Part shown: piece by piece, positions 31,561 through 43,293 of the stretch
How positions within the stretch are numbered: the stretch's first letter is position 1
How the letters are laid out: every line of letters starts with the position of its first letter
NCBI GenBank assembly: GCA_963717525.1
Contig: OY970343.1
Coordinates: 960,001-1,024,000, forward strand
Source: an uncultured Methanoregulaceae archaeon
GTDB lineage: Archaea > Halobacteriota > Methanomicrobia > Methanomicrobiales > Methanospirillaceae
Direction of reading: 5' to 3'
DNA: 64,000 nucleotides
Made by a program: the position numbers and the translations under genes
Notes under the pieces: generated by a model
What the model saw: only the letters and a program-made list of their open reading frames with translations
Databases searched by the model: none
Told to the model about the DNA's origin: nothing

Positions 31561-34000
31561 TTACTCCACCACCCTGATCCGGCTTGCGAGATCTGCGCCC
31601 ATCTCGACGACGAGCGTGTTCTCGAACTCGGCCTGCATCTCCGCAATATGGGAGATTAAAATGATCTGCGGGAACCGTGATTCCTGTGTCCGCAAGGCGG
31701 TGAGCAGGTTGTTTCTCCGCTCCTCGTCCTGGCTCCCGAAGATCTCGTCGAAGATGAGAAGCGTGCTCTCGTGGACGTTGTGGAGCTCGGCGAGGTACCG
31801 GGAGAGGGCGATCCTGAGCGCGACAGCGATGTCGTCCTGCTCGCCTCCCGAGAAGCGGTCGATGGCATAGTCATCGTCCACGTCCCGGATAAGGAGGTTG
31901 AAGTCCTCGTCAAGGAGCACCTGCTCGTACCGGCCGCCGGTGATCTCGCTCACGATCCGGCTGACCTCGCCCTCGATCCTGCTCCGCACGACCTGCATGA
32001 GGTAGATGACGTAGTCGGCGATGACCGACCGGGTCAGTTTCACGAGATCGATCTCGTCTTTGAGTTCCGTAACCTGCTTCTGCAGGAGGGCGATCTGCCC
32101 TGCGGTGCATTGATAATCGGCAATCTTCTCTTCGGCAAATTTCTTGTCCCGTGCTGCATTAGCAATTGCGACATCGGCATCCCGTAGAGCCGCATAGGTC
32201 TCTCTTTGCCGGGTTTCGGCTGCGTCGATCTCTGCCGGGTTGAACGGCGCTTTAAGGATTTCCTGTTCCAGCTTTACGAGGTCGGCATTCCGTTGATTTA
32301 TCCGTTCCACGAGACCGGCGATCTGCTGTTTTAAGGAGACAGCCTGCCCGATCTTCTTCCCAAGTTCAGAAAACCGGGCCTGCACCTTCCGGACCGCGAC
32401 CTCTTCCTGCCCGGCTGCACTGAAGGCCGATGGATCGAACGCGAGCTGTGCAAGGGCATCGGCACAGGCCTGTTCCTCCCGCAGCTTTGCGGCATGCTGG
32501 GCGGTGAGTTCTGCGATCGTGTTCTCAAACTCCGCCCGGCGTTTCAGTTCTGCCGCGAGGGTCCGGAGCTCGCCCGTGACCGGTCGCAGTGCTTCGACTG
32601 CCGCCTTTTCCTTCTCAACGATCTCCTGCTCTGCGAGATCGGCAACCGCCTTGTCTTCCAGCTCACGGAGTTTTGCATTAAACTCCTGCTCCAGGTTGCC
32701 GAAATGGGTACCCAGTTTCTGCCCGGCAGAGTGGGCAGGTCCCGTCAGGCCCGGCCTTAACAATCGTCGCCCGGTCGGCTTCGATCTTCTCCCGCTCTTC
32801 TTTGTACTGCTTCTGCTGTGCCAGAAGAGTGCTGGTCCGCTTTATGAGTTCTGCAAGCCGGAAGCTCACCGCGGTTTCGAGCCGGTCGTCCGCAATCTCC
32901 GGGCCGGCGCCAAGACTCTGCCTGACCGAGGCAGCACGCCGGGCGTACTCCTCTGCTTCTTGTGCAAGATCGGCAAGCCGGCCTTTTTCCTTCTCGATCC
33001 TTGCTGTTATCTCCGCGGCCTGTGTTTTGCAGAACCCGAGTTCACCGGTGACCCGCTGGTGTTCGGCTTTCTGCCGGGTGAGCGTATCAAGCCGGGCCCG
33101 GATCTCCGCATACGACCCGGCAGTCTTTTCAAGCCCGTGATACTCGGCCTCGTCGTTTTTGAGCAGGGCAAGGGCCGATTCGATCGCCTGCTGCTGTGTC
33201 GTTTCGGTGGCGATCTCCTTTTTTATTGCCTGCTGCTGCTGCACGAGCCGGTCGTGTGCGGCTTTTTTCTCCGCGAGGACTTTAAGCCCCGTGTCGATCT
33301 CCGCCCGCTGCTTTGTGAGAAAATCTTTTTGCTTTTCGTGCCCTGCAATTGCGGCGGTGAAGGTGACGAGCGAATCTTTGAGGCGTGCGAGCTCGTCTTC
33401 GCTCTGCTGCCCGGCAAGAGCTTCAAGACGGCCGGTCAGGTTCCGGAGTTCGTCAGTCTTCTCGTCGCCCCGCTCCTTTAAGATCTTCTGGCTCTCCACG
33501 CTGAGGTAATCGATCCCGAGTGCTTTCAGGAACCACTCCTTCCTCTTCCCCGGGGTATTTTCAAGGAGGGTGAGGAGGTCTTTCTGCGCTGCGTAGATCG
33601 TGTTTTTGAAATCCACCGGGCCCATGCCCAGAGTCCGGCGCACCTCCGCCTCCACCTGGCTGACGCCGCTTGCGCGGAGCTTCCCATCCTTGTAGAAGTT
33701 CGCGTCGTGCTGGACGGTCTTTCCTTTCTTGAACGTCCTCACGACCGAGTACGCTTCACCGCCCACGGAAAAGTCGAGCCTGACCTCGCACTTGGCCTTT
33801 GGCGACGCAAAACCTGAAACAATGTAGTCGGCGGCAATACCGGTTGCCTGCACGCCGTACAGCGCAAAGAAGATCGCCTGCACGAGGCTCGATTTGCCCG
33901 TGCCGTTGTTCCCGAGGATGCCGGTGATGCCGTCCGAGAATTCGATCCTCTCGTCCCGGAACCGCTTAAAATTCTTCAGGACGAGCCGGTCAATGATCAT
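31561..34000 (-). CDS. rad50: Rad50 SMC-family ATPase (+1 frameshift at ~32724)
   Basis: GNNGTGKS, Q-loop AAQKD, CPLC zinc hook, FSGGE, IFDEIFGSQD, ISH. Confidence 0.93.
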
Positions 34001-35138
34001 CGCCCACCTCCCGGTGCTCTTCCATGACCGCGGCGAGCACCTCGCGGCCGGTGGCGGCGACAAACGCCTTCTGCTTCGCGGAGAGCTGCTGCTTGTCGAG
34101 GAACGTCGAAAACTCCGCGAGGTAATCGATCGCCCGGACGTCCTGCTGGAGGGGTACGGCCATCTCTTCACCAGCGGCAACGACCCGGATCTTGAGGTCG
34201 AGGAGCAGCTCCCGCACCGGGGCAAGGGCCCGCATATCAATCCCCTTCCCGTGTTCCCGGGACATTCCGTCGAGCGTGACCTGCGCAAGCGAGAACTTTT
34301 CGGGCCGTTTCTGTTCCACCCGCCCGATGATCTCGTTAGTGATCTCTGCCATGTGCCGGCCGGCGCAGGCGATCGTGCCGCAGTCGTACATCGGCGTCCT
34401 GGGCAGGTCGAGGTGGTCGACCGTGTGCCTCGCGGGATCGACCACGAGGCCCCCCTTCTCATCCCGGATCTCGCCGTACGTCAGGTACTCGGTGGAGCCC
34501 GAGTACCATGCGTTCGTGGTGATCTGCGACTGGTTATGGTAATGGCCGAGCGCGATGTAATCGAATCTGTCGGACAGGATCGTGCTGTCGAGCTCGTGCT
34601 CCGCGACGGTCGCAAGCCGCTTGTCCTTTATCGCCGTCGCAAGCCCGTGGGTCACGAGCACGTTGTTCCTGCCGGGCGCGAGTTCGATTTTATCGTAGGC
34701 CGTGCGGTAATCCTCCACCCGGAGCATGTTCGGGATCAGGTGGAAGACCGTATCCCCGATCTCCACCCGCTCGTATTTGAACGAGTACGCGGCGTGGATC
34801 TCCGAGGGGTGGTAGTCGAGGACCGCGAGCGGCGACGTGGTGTACCGGGTCTTCACCATGCTGTGGTTGCCGGTCACGATCACGAGCGGGATGCCCGCCT
34901 CGTGAAGCCGCGTGAGCGCGTCGAGCACGGTGGTATAAGCCCGGGTCTTGGGCTTGACCGTATCGAAAAGATCGCCCGCGTGGACGAGGACATCCGGCTT
35001 TTCCCGGATGATAACGTCAATCGCAGCAAGGAAGTTATCGTAGATCTGCTTCTCGCGCAGGTTCATCCCCGAGTCCGGGTCGAGCCGGGAAAATGCGGCG
35101 AGGCCGAGGTGCGTGTCTGCGATGTGGACGAGCTTCAT
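33990..35138 (-). CDS. mre11: Mre11 nuclease
   Basis: HIADTHLG, HAGDLFD, GNHS, THG, ALGHYH, YSGS. Confidence 0.93.
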   Translation of the reverse strand: MKLVHIADTHLGLAAFSRLDPDSGMNLREKQIYDNFLAAIDVIIREKPDVLVHAGDLFDTVKPKTRAYTTVLDALTRLHEAGIPLVIVTGNHSMVKTRYTTSPLAVLDYHPSEIHAAYSFKYERVEIGDTVFHLIPNMLRVEDYRTAYDKIELAPGRNNVLVTHGLATAIKDKRLATVAEHELDSTILSDRFDYIALGHYHNQSQITTNAWYSGSTEYLTYGEIRDEKGGLVVDPARHTVDHLDLPRTPMYDCGTIACAGRHMAEITNEIIGRVEQKRPEKFSLAQVTLDGMSREHGKGIDMRALAPVRELLLDLKIRVVAAGEEMAVPLQQDVRAIDYLAEFSTFLDKQQLSAKQKAFVAATGREVLAAVMEEHREVGDDH

Positions 35139-35290
35139 TGTGTCTGATTTTTATTTGGGCGGTGGTGGGATATAAGGAGGAGGGGAGCGGGGGGAAAATG
35201 AGAGGGTTATGTAGTCCCTTTTTAATATGCCTTAAGAAAAATTTAACAACTTTTATCATTTGAAACTCTGATTTGTTGTTGTGAAGTCAT

Positions 35291-35503
35291 ATGCTTCGAC
35301 AAGCCGTTCAATCGAGTAATCTAAAATCGGTTGGGTATGACTATCAACAAAATCTTCTTGAAATTGAATTTATTAGCGGTGGGATTTATCAGTATAGTAG
35401 TGTGCCAAAGGATATGTACTCTGGTTTAATGGATGCACCCTCCCATGGAAAATTCTTTGCCCGATTCATTAAAGATCGTTTCCCCACAAAAAGAGTGCGT
35501 TAA
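35291..35503 (+). CDS. KTSC-domain protein
   Basis: VQSSNLKSVGYD...LEIEF..GGIYQY..VP...LMDAPSHGKFF. Confidence 0.88.
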   Translation: MLRQAVQSSNLKSVGYDYQQNLLEIEFISGGIYQYSSVPKDMYSGLMDAPSHGKFFARFIKDRFPTKRVR

Positions 35504-35514
35504 CCCTTGATACC

Positions 35515-37540
35515 ATGATAATCGAATCGCTTCATGTGAAAAATTTTCGTTCGATCTATGATGAAAACATTTCTTGTGAGCGACTTACGGCTTTAGTTGG
35601 AGCAAATGGTTCCGGGAAATCATCATTTTTACATGCATTAAGGTTATTTTATTCAAAATCTCCAAAGATCGACTTTGAGGATTTTTACAATCGGAACATT
35701 GACGTTGAGATATCCATTGCTATAACCTTTAAAGATCTATCAGATAACGCGAAAACGCGTTTTTCCACTTACCTTCAAAATGAAAACCTAACTGTAGAAC
35801 GAGTTTTTTACTATCGTGAAGGAAATAGACTTGTAAACGCATATCATGGATCAACCCTCCAAAATCCGGATTTCAATAAAATTAAAGAAACTATAGGTAT
35901 TGGAGATAAGGGAAAAACGGCCCAAAGTCATTATTATGCTTTAAAAGAAAATTTGAAGTATCGAGTATTACCCGAATGGAGTAGACGCCTCCAAGATAAT
36001 ATTGTTAATTTAGAAAAATGGGAATCTGACCATTCGGATGACTGTGTCAGAATACGTGATAACGGTCAATTTTTTGGTTTTACAGAAGTGGCGCAAGGAT
36101 ATTTGGGAGAATTCACTCAATTTTTATTTATCCCTGCAGTGAAGGAAGCTACTGAAGAGGCTTATGAAATCAAAAGACTCCGTTTTGTCGAAATTAATGT
36201 ATTTTGTTGTCCGGAGTGTACTCGAAGAAAAAAAAGAAGTAATCAAGCTTCGAGAAACAACTCAAACAAATTATCAAAAAATAATGAATCCTGAAAAAAT
36301 TACTGAGCTTAAAGAATTATCGACTCAATTGACAACAACTCTAAAGCAATATGTTCCTGATGCACAAATTGAATTAGCATGGTTGCCATTAGGACAAATT
36401 GAAATCCCGTTACCCTCTGCCGAAGTAAAATTGTGGGAAGATGGGTATTCATCAACAGTTGATCGTACCGGACATGGTCTACAGCGAGTCTTTATTCTCA
36501 CCATATTGCAACATCTTTCAGTAATTCAAATTCGTTATGCGCAATTGCGTAAAGACGAAGCCAAAAATGAGAGTGATGGCGAAAAAGGGGCAACAATAGT
36601 TGAAAGTCCCGATCTTATTTTAGCGATTGAAGAACCTGAATTATTTCAACATCCAAATCGACAACGCCATTTTGCTAAAGTCCTTTTGCAGTTAGCTGAA
36701 GGGACATTACCCGGTGTTGCAGAAAAAACTCAGATTATATATTGTACTCATTCGCCACTTTTCGTGGGCATAGACCGAATTAATGAGATTCGGCTTTTAA
36801 AAAAGGTGAATAATTCCCAACTTCCTAAAATCACCAAAGTTGTTTGTACAGACTTAAAAAGAATTGCTGAAAAAATGTGTGTCATTTATGAAGTGGGGGC
36901 CGGGCATTTTACTGAAGATAACATCGTGCCACGGTTAAAATCAATAATGACTCCTTGGATGAATGAAGGATTTTTTGCAGATGTTGTTGTCCTTGTTGAA
37001 GGAGAAGATGATCGTGCAGCATTACTAGGTGCTGCAAATTCAATAAATATCGATTTTGAATCAAAAGGCTTCGCAATTATTCCTTGCGGTGGAAAATCAA
37101 ATATTGATCGACCATATCTTATTTTTACAGAATTAGGAATTTCAGCATATATTTTGTGGGACGGGGATTCCGGATTAGGTGAAACGGAAGGTAATTGCGT
37201 ATCTTGTGGAAGACCATTAGACAAAAAACCAAAGCCCGAAGAAAATCGAAGATTATTACGATTAATCGGTTCTGATGTTGTAGATTGGCCAAAATTTATT
37301 AATCAAAAGGGGGGCTGTTTCGAAAAAAACTTGGAAACAACATTAAAAGAAGAACTGGGGCCAGAATTGTATGAGTCATTAATTCTAAAGTATCAAATAG
37401 AATTCTCAATTCCCGAAAAGAAAAATGCTCAAAAAAATCCTGTCGTCCTTATGAATGTGATAAAATCAGCTAGAGAACAAGGAAAATCTTCAGCTTCACT
37501 TGAACGGATTATCCAAAACATAAATGAATTGAAAAAATAG
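35515..37540 (+). CDS. OLD-family ATP-dependent nuclease (ABC ATPase plus TOPRIM), +1 frameshift at ~36172
   Basis: KNFRS, GANGSGKS; second frame TGHGLQR, IEEPE, THSP, LVEGEDD, DGD. Confidence 0.88.
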
Positions 37541-37554
37541 TGGTTTGTATTCTT

Positions 37555-38633
37555 ATGTTACCAGATTGGATCTCCCCAGGAAATTTTGTCATTACTCAAG
37601 AAGTTATCACTCTTTTTGAAAATAAACGAGAAATATTAGTTAAAATTGTTGATTATCTCTCTAAACTAGAGACCAAACCATTATTTATTACTATAGATTC
37701 GTTAAAGATGATCAAAGACAAAAATTTACGGGACCTAATTAATCCAATAATATCGACCCACAATTCGAAATTTGTTCAAAAGTCATTATGCAATCAAAAA
37801 AGAAATAATTGTACTGTTGGAATTATTCAGATGAATTTTGAAAATGAGAATAAATTTCCATTTAAATTAAAAGACGAGAAAGAAATCACCAAAAAAATTG
37901 AAAAAATTTTGAATTATTTAGAACCTTATAATATTGATATACTCTGTTTCCCGGAACTGAGTACCTCGAAAAAAATCATTGATGAGATTTTTTTAAAACA
38001 AGATAAAAAAATTCCGATTATAATTGGAGGCTCATTTTATAATGGTAATTTCAATTCATGTCCGATCATAATTGATTATCTTGGTAGAAACGAGATAGTA
38101 ATTCAAGAAAAAATTAATCTTTCAAAATGGGAAGATTCGTGTTTCCCTCAGAAAGCGATGTGCAAAGGTCGCACAATTAACATACCGATTTTGGCAATAT
38201 ATCTGTGTTACTTTGTTTAGATGGATTAGTGGAATCAAATAACTTACTTCAATTTTGTTCTGATAATGCCATAGATCTTGATTTGATCTTTATTATCTCT
38301 AAAACGAAGGACGTTTCGGAGTTTCACAATAAGATGCATGAACTTTCGACAAGGAATCGAAAATACTGCATATTTGTAAATTCTGCAACATTTGGACATT
38401 CGGGTTTGTACACCCCTTTGGAACGTGACTTTCATGACGAAAAATTAAATGCCTATCAATATCCATCTTGCACTGATGATAAATCGAAATGTATAATATT
38501 GAAACCAACCGAAGAAAGAATAATGATAATTAATCTTGAAGTTCGAGAAAAAGCCGAATATCATCCAACAAAAATTGTTAACCAATATTCAAATATAAAA
38601 TTGGTTTTAGATAAAAAATGGGAGGCCGGTTAA
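37555..38633 (+). CDS. Carbon-nitrogen hydrolase (nitrilase-fold) protein, frameshifted at ~38183
   Basis: VGIIQM, DILCFPELS (Glu), IIIGGS, QEK (Lys); the other frame gives TDFGNISVLLCLD (Cys), then FVNSATFGHS. Confidence 0.75.
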
Positions 38634-38634
38634 T

Positions 38635-39510
38635 ATGGATGCGAATGATTGGACAACCCAAGCGTATGAAATTCACGTCACAGTCATGGGGCAAGACAAA
38701 GATGCATTCGTTGATATATTTCAATTGATGAAAAAATTAATTATTAATGAAAGTCAGCAAATTAAACCGGAAAGTGATTTTATTGAAGTATGCAGAGAGG
38801 TTACTGCTTCAGAAGATCATGATTTTGAGTATCTTTGTGGTGAAATAAAAAATTATAAAAAAACTATTGTGCCCCAGTATGACGATAAAACTGGCGGAGA
38901 AATCGTCGATAAAATTGAAGAACCCTTACGTCATGGACGTATTCGTTTTTTATTGGCTTCGAAAAAAGATAACCGCAGAGATCGAATCCAAAAAATTTAC
39001 GCCATTTTTTCAAAAAAAGGATATTACAATATTGAAAGATCATTTAACTATATAGTAAAAAAAATTCTTGATGAATATCCCTTAATTGCAAACTTTCGGT
39101 TGGGATACCCTGTCCCATTGATCGATACAAACATTCAAGAATTTTTTGGCTCACTTGATACAATTTCAAAAATCGATGTTGCAGATGTGAGATTGCCGAA
39201 TCCTAGGACCATTTCTGACTACATGAAATCTCTAATCACATTGAACTATCCCAATAGGATTTTATTTGAGGGCCAACCTCTCAAAAAGGACGGCCCAATT
39301 ATAGTCGATTTGATTAATATGTCTTACGATGAAAAATATGGAAAGACTTTGGAAATAATCGGTGAAAAAAATCATGAGAAACTTCGATATTCAAGAAGTG
39401 AATTAGCAACGTTTCCGATACCGTTTTCTGATATTGAATCTAGTAAAAACATTTTTGAAAAATTATTGCCTTTATTGAAAAAATTAGTTGCCAAACAAAA
39501 ATTAAAATAA
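38635..39510 (+). CDS. Hypothetical protein (possibly DUF4747-like)
   Basis: 291-aa ATG ORF abutting the upstream stop; the family guess rests only on pattern (EFF..LD.ISKI...PNP) and is weak. Confidence 0.65.
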   Translation: MDANDWTTQAYEIHVTVMGQDKDAFVDIFQLMKKLIINESQQIKPESDFIEVCREVTASEDHDFEYLCGEIKNYKKTIVPQYDDKTGGEIVDKIEEPLRHGRIRFLLASKKDNRRDRIQKIYAIFSKKGYYNIERSFNYIVKKILDEYPLIANFRLGYPVPLIDTNIQEFFGSLDTISKIDVADVRLPNPRTISDYMKSLITLNYPNRILFEGQPLKKDGPIIVDLINMSYDEKYGKTLEIIGEKNHEKLRYSRSELATFPIPFSDIESSKNIFEKLLPLLKKLVAKQKLK

Positions 39511-39547
39511 TTTTTTTATGCACCGTTTAAGTTTAAGACGATTATCC

Positions 39548-40837
39548 TTACTCCATACTCGCGACCATCCATTTCAACCAGTTTATAATTGTGGATGCAC
39601 GCCGTCGTGCTGTCGTATCATTTAACTCCACGTGTTTCTGAATAATCGGTGCAAGGCGATCTGCACTCAACATTGTCAAATCACGGTTTTTACTTTCAAA
39701 TAGACCGATAATCTCGTTGAAAGATGGCCGTTTCAGCATCTGCTTCAGCAGCAACAGATTCCTCCGGGACCGGTTTTCCGATTTCGCAATAAACTCCCCT
39801 TCCCGCGTTAGTTCAAATTCTGTTGAATGGGGAATCCGCTTCAGCAATCCGAGATAATATCCGGCATTCAGGTAATAATCACCCTGCCGCTCATCGAAAT
39901 CAAAAAATTCCGCAATGGCCGGCTTATTGGTAAGACTCGCAGAATGGAAGTTAGTGACGATATCTATCACCTTATCAAGATCGTTTGCCTGAGGATATGG
40001 GATATCGGGCTCCGGCTCAATTTGTGATTCCGCCAATAATAATTTCAAGTTCACCGGTTGCTTTGCGGGTTCATTCACCGTGAAGCATTTACTCTTGACG
40101 CAGCGCAGTTCTCCGTATTCTTCACCGAACGCGAACTGCAAGATATAGAAAAGCCCGTTGGTATAGATGAAGAACAGAGGAATGATCTCTTTTGTGGATT
40201 TGCATGACCAGTCTTTGAAGGGATAATACAACTGGCGGATATTGAAATCTTCAACACGGCCGAGTTTGGCTTCGAAAATGTAGATTTTTTCAGGACTCTC
40301 GTATCCAGCATCGACTTCTATCTGTACACCATCGACTTCAACTGCATGATGATTGCCGGGTATTACCACACGAAATTTTTCAGACCGTTGTCTTCCGCGA
40401 ATAGTTAGATTGAGTTCCTTCTCATTGGTGAAGGTCTTGAGTAAGGAGACAAGATTTGCAAAATCAATTGCCTGTGATTCAGAAGATAGATTTCTCACAT
40501 CAAGACTTTGATATTCCCGATAATCCTTGGCTGGTTGGTATTCTTCGAGAGGAACTTCAGCGAGGATTTGTTCGAGGGAGTAATACGTATTAACAGGCTC
40601 ATCCCGAAAAATGATATATTTCCCATTCTCTACGGGGAGAATTGACAAATTGTTATGTTTAAAAACTTCAGGGCGGGAATTTTTTGTATCCTGCTTAGCA
40701 AGGAGCCGGGGTTCCCGTTTATCACTTGCTTCTTTGATATCATCCGCACTGACATAGGCGTAACCCTGCCGTTCGATTTCCGGCATGAGAGGAAGGCGCT
40801 CAAATATTTTCCCCCAGGCTACGTCATTTTGTGTCAT
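39548..40837 (-). CDS. Putative type II restriction endonuclease, PD-(D/E)XK core with C-terminal winged-helix-like part
   Basis: REPRLLAK, QIEVDAGYE...FEAK, RQLYYPF, RQGDYY, TARRRAST; directly downstream of a Dam-type MTase. Confidence 0.7.
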   Translation of the reverse strand: MTQNDVAWGKIFERLPLMPEIERQGYAYVSADDIKEASDKREPRLLAKQDTKNSRPEVFKHNNLSILPVENGKYIIFRDEPVNTYYSLEQILAEVPLEEYQPAKDYREYQSLDVRNLSSESQAIDFANLVSLLKTFTNEKELNLTIRGRQRSEKFRVVIPGNHHAVEVDGVQIEVDAGYESPEKIYIFEAKLGRVEDFNIRQLYYPFKDWSCKSTKEIIPLFFIYTNGLFYILQFAFGEEYGELRCVKSKCFTVNEPAKQPVNLKLLLAESQIEPEPDIPYPQANDLDKVIDIVTNFHSASLTNKPAIAEFFDFDERQGDYYLNAGYYLGLLKRIPHSTEFELTREGEFIAKSENRSRRNLLLLKQMLKRPSFNEIIGLFESKNRDLTMLSADRLAPIIQKHVELNDTTARRRASTIINWLKWMVASME

Positions 40838-40849
40838 ACGTGATCTCGA

Positions 40850-41794
40850 TTACGTTTTCTTTACTCGATAATTCGTAATTATCAACTCGTTAATATCTCC
40901 ACGTCGTGCGCCATTGCAGTTGATCATGCGCTTTGCAGGGACACGCTCGATGTAATATTCCGCGAAGAGATCATCAAAGAACGAATCGTCAGGATTCTCA
41001 TTCTTCGGATCAGAATTACTGAGCATAATCTTTGCGCCTTTTCCATCGAGTTCTTTGAAAAACTCAACCAGACGCATCTGATCATCCTCAAAAAAACCGT
41101 TTTTTGAATAAGATGTGAACGACGAGGTTTCGTTAAGTGGACGATAGGGCGGATCGAAGTATACGAATGTGTGTTTGTCCACAAATTTCTGGCATTGGGT
41201 GAAATCTCCCAGAATGATTTTCGTGGATTTCAATAATGTAGAAACATCCTTCAGATTATCTTCGTTCAGGATTTCCGGATTTTTGTATCTTCCGAACGGA
41301 ACGTTGAATTCTCCTTTTCGATTTACCCGGAACAAGCCGTTGTAACAGGTACGATTCAAAAAAATAATCTGGGCCACCCGTTCAATCCTTGTGGTGTGAT
41401 CTTTTTTAGATTTTATTTCTGGCAATTTCTGGTTAAACGCATCCCGAATTTCATAATAGAATGCTTCTCTCTTCTTGTCACTCTTGGAAAGATAACCTGA
41501 TTCCAAACTTTCTAACTCAGAAATCAATTTTTTTACGGATTGTTTAATCACGCGATAGGAAAGAATCAGTTCTTCGTTGATATCGCAAATGTAGCACTCT
41601 TCAAAAGAAAATCTCTGGTTGAGATAAAAGAAAACCGCTCCTCCGCCAATGAACGGCTCGACATATTTTGTAATTTTTTCTTTCCTGAATTCTCCCGGCA
41701 AACGTTTGCTAAACTCGTTGAGTAACTGGGTTTTGCCTCCGGCCCATTTGAGAAAAGGTCGTGCTGCTGGAACAAGTTTGGTTTGTTTTGCCAT
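40850..41794 (-). CDS. Dam-family DNA adenine methyltransferase
   Basis: FLKWAGGK, EPFIGGG, YNGLFRVN..GEFNVPFG, DPPY. Confidence 0.93.
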   Translation of the reverse strand: MAKQTKLVPAARPFLKWAGGKTQLLNEFSKRLPGEFRKEKITKYVEPFIGGGAVFFYLNQRFSFEECYICDINEELILSYRVIKQSVKKLISELESLESGYLSKSDKKREAFYYEIRDAFNQKLPEIKSKKDHTTRIERVAQIIFLNRTCYNGLFRVNRKGEFNVPFGRYKNPEILNEDNLKDVSTLLKSTKIILGDFTQCQKFVDKHTFVYFDPPYRPLNETSSFTSYSKNGFFEDDQMRLVEFFKELDGKGAKIMLSNSDPKNENPDDSFFDDLFAEYYIERVPAKRMINCNGARRGDINELIITNYRVKKT

Positions 41795-42145
41795 TTTCGG
41801 GAGAACACCCTATCGGTATGAATGTCTTGTCTACAATGTTATCTTTCTACCATTATAGGATATTGAATTGAACCAAGGAGAGTGAAACTGATATCATGGT
41901 TTTCAAATTCCCTGAAAGTGATCCATAAAACCGCCCTGATTTCCGGAGCCATCCGGAATCCCTTCTGCCACCAAGGTACCACCCCTTCATGCACAAAAGA
42001 GGGGTGGGGGGTACCCCCTACCCTCCCTCCCCCCCTCCGGCCGTTTCCGGCACACCCGCTCCGGCGAAGGCTCCACACGAAATGCAGGATCATGGCGTTG
42101 GAACCATGAGGGGGTACCCCCACCTTCGCGGACAAAGGGGCAGGG

Positions 42146-42474
42146 GGATCACCCCTCCCCCACCCCCAAAATACGCCCTGTACGGCCCCGGATTCCCCCC
42201 AACCAGCTCCGGAAAACCCCGTAAAATGCCCGGATTTGGGGGCCATCCGGAAGTCGGTTATACGGGGTCATTTTGGAAAAATACCGCGTAATTGCCCCCT
42301 GATTTTGATCCCCAAAAAGGCCTTTTTTTCAATTCCGGCATACTTTGGGCCGTTCAAAGGGAGATCGGCCACCGGAGACGCGATAGCGGCCGATTCTCGC
42401 GGTGTCGGAATCCGGCGGTTTTAAGGGCGTATTTTGGCGGGAAAACGGTGATTTGAGGGGGGTTTTCTACGACG
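42146..42474. repeat. ~330-bp dispersed repeat with imperfect inverted ends, copy A
   Basis: CCAAAATACGCCCT...CCGGATTCC / GGAATCCGG...AGGGCGTATTTTGG; homologous to 46952 and 59478. Confidence 0.9.
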
Positions 42475-42670
42475 GTAAAGGATTCCCGAAGGGAAGAGTG
42501 CTGCCATACCAGTGTGTAAGGTTATAACCCTACAGAAATGCGGGTTTGTGAAGGATCATAATCTGACACTTTTCTGAAAATGTGAGGGATTATAACCCGA
42601 CACAACCGGGTAGTAGTTCCATCCCAAACCATCATCCCCAAATACCCTCCCCCCCCAAAAATTAAAACTA

Positions 42671-43246
42671 ATGCTCCTCTTCCTCGACACCGAAACCACC
42701 GGTCTCCCCAAATCCGCAACTGACCCCGTAGAAAAATGGCCGCGGATCGTCCAGCTGGCGTGGTCCTTATACGACAATGACGGGACCTGTGAAAGCCGGA
42801 ACAGTTTTATTATTTACCCGACGGACTTTTCCATTCCCATTGACTCTGCAAGGATTCACGGGATCACGACCGAGCGGGCAAAAGCAGAGGGCGTGTCGCT
42901 CTATAAGGTGCTCCCGCAGTTCAATGCCGATGTGGAAAAAGCGGAAACGGTCGTTGCCCACAATCTCGATTTTGACCTGCCGATTGTCACGACCGAATTT
43001 TTGCGATGCAGCCTTGAGACAGGTCTTGCAGAAAAACAAAAATTCTGCACCATGAAAACCCCGCAGGTTGTCTCCTGGTGCAAACTTCCTTCAAAGTCCG
43101 GTCGGGGATACAAGTGGCCGACCTTAAACGAATTACATCTCCGGTTATTCGAAACAGAATTTGTGGACTGCCATGATGCCGGCGATGATGTGGAAGCCTG
43201 TGTGAGATGTTATTTTGAGTTACAAAAGCGGGGGATTATCGGATAA
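42671..43246 (+). CDS. DEDDh 3'-5' exonuclease
   Basis: FLDTETTG, IHGIT, AHNLDFD, CTM, HDAGDDV. Confidence 0.92.
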   Translation: MLLFLDTETTGLPKSATDPVEKWPRIVQLAWSLYDNDGTCESRNSFIIYPTDFSIPIDSARIHGITTERAKAEGVSLYKVLPQFNADVEKAETVVAHNLDFDLPIVTTEFLRCSLETGLAEKQKFCTMKTPQVVSWCKLPSKSGRGYKWPTLNELHLRLFETEFVDCHDAGDDVEACVRCYFELQKRGIIG

Positions 43247-43293
43247 GAGTATCCTAAAAAAAAGAAATTGTGAATGTGCACTCTTTATGATCC

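Noticed and set aside
28930..35138. HerA-based defence system or a pseudogenised repair operon
   Set aside because: It is the canonical archaeal mre11-rad50-nurA-herA operon, and the frameshifts match the window-wide +1 error pattern
35515..37540. Gabija (GajA) or retron-associated OLD
   Set aside because: No UvrD helicase or reverse transcriptase adjacent
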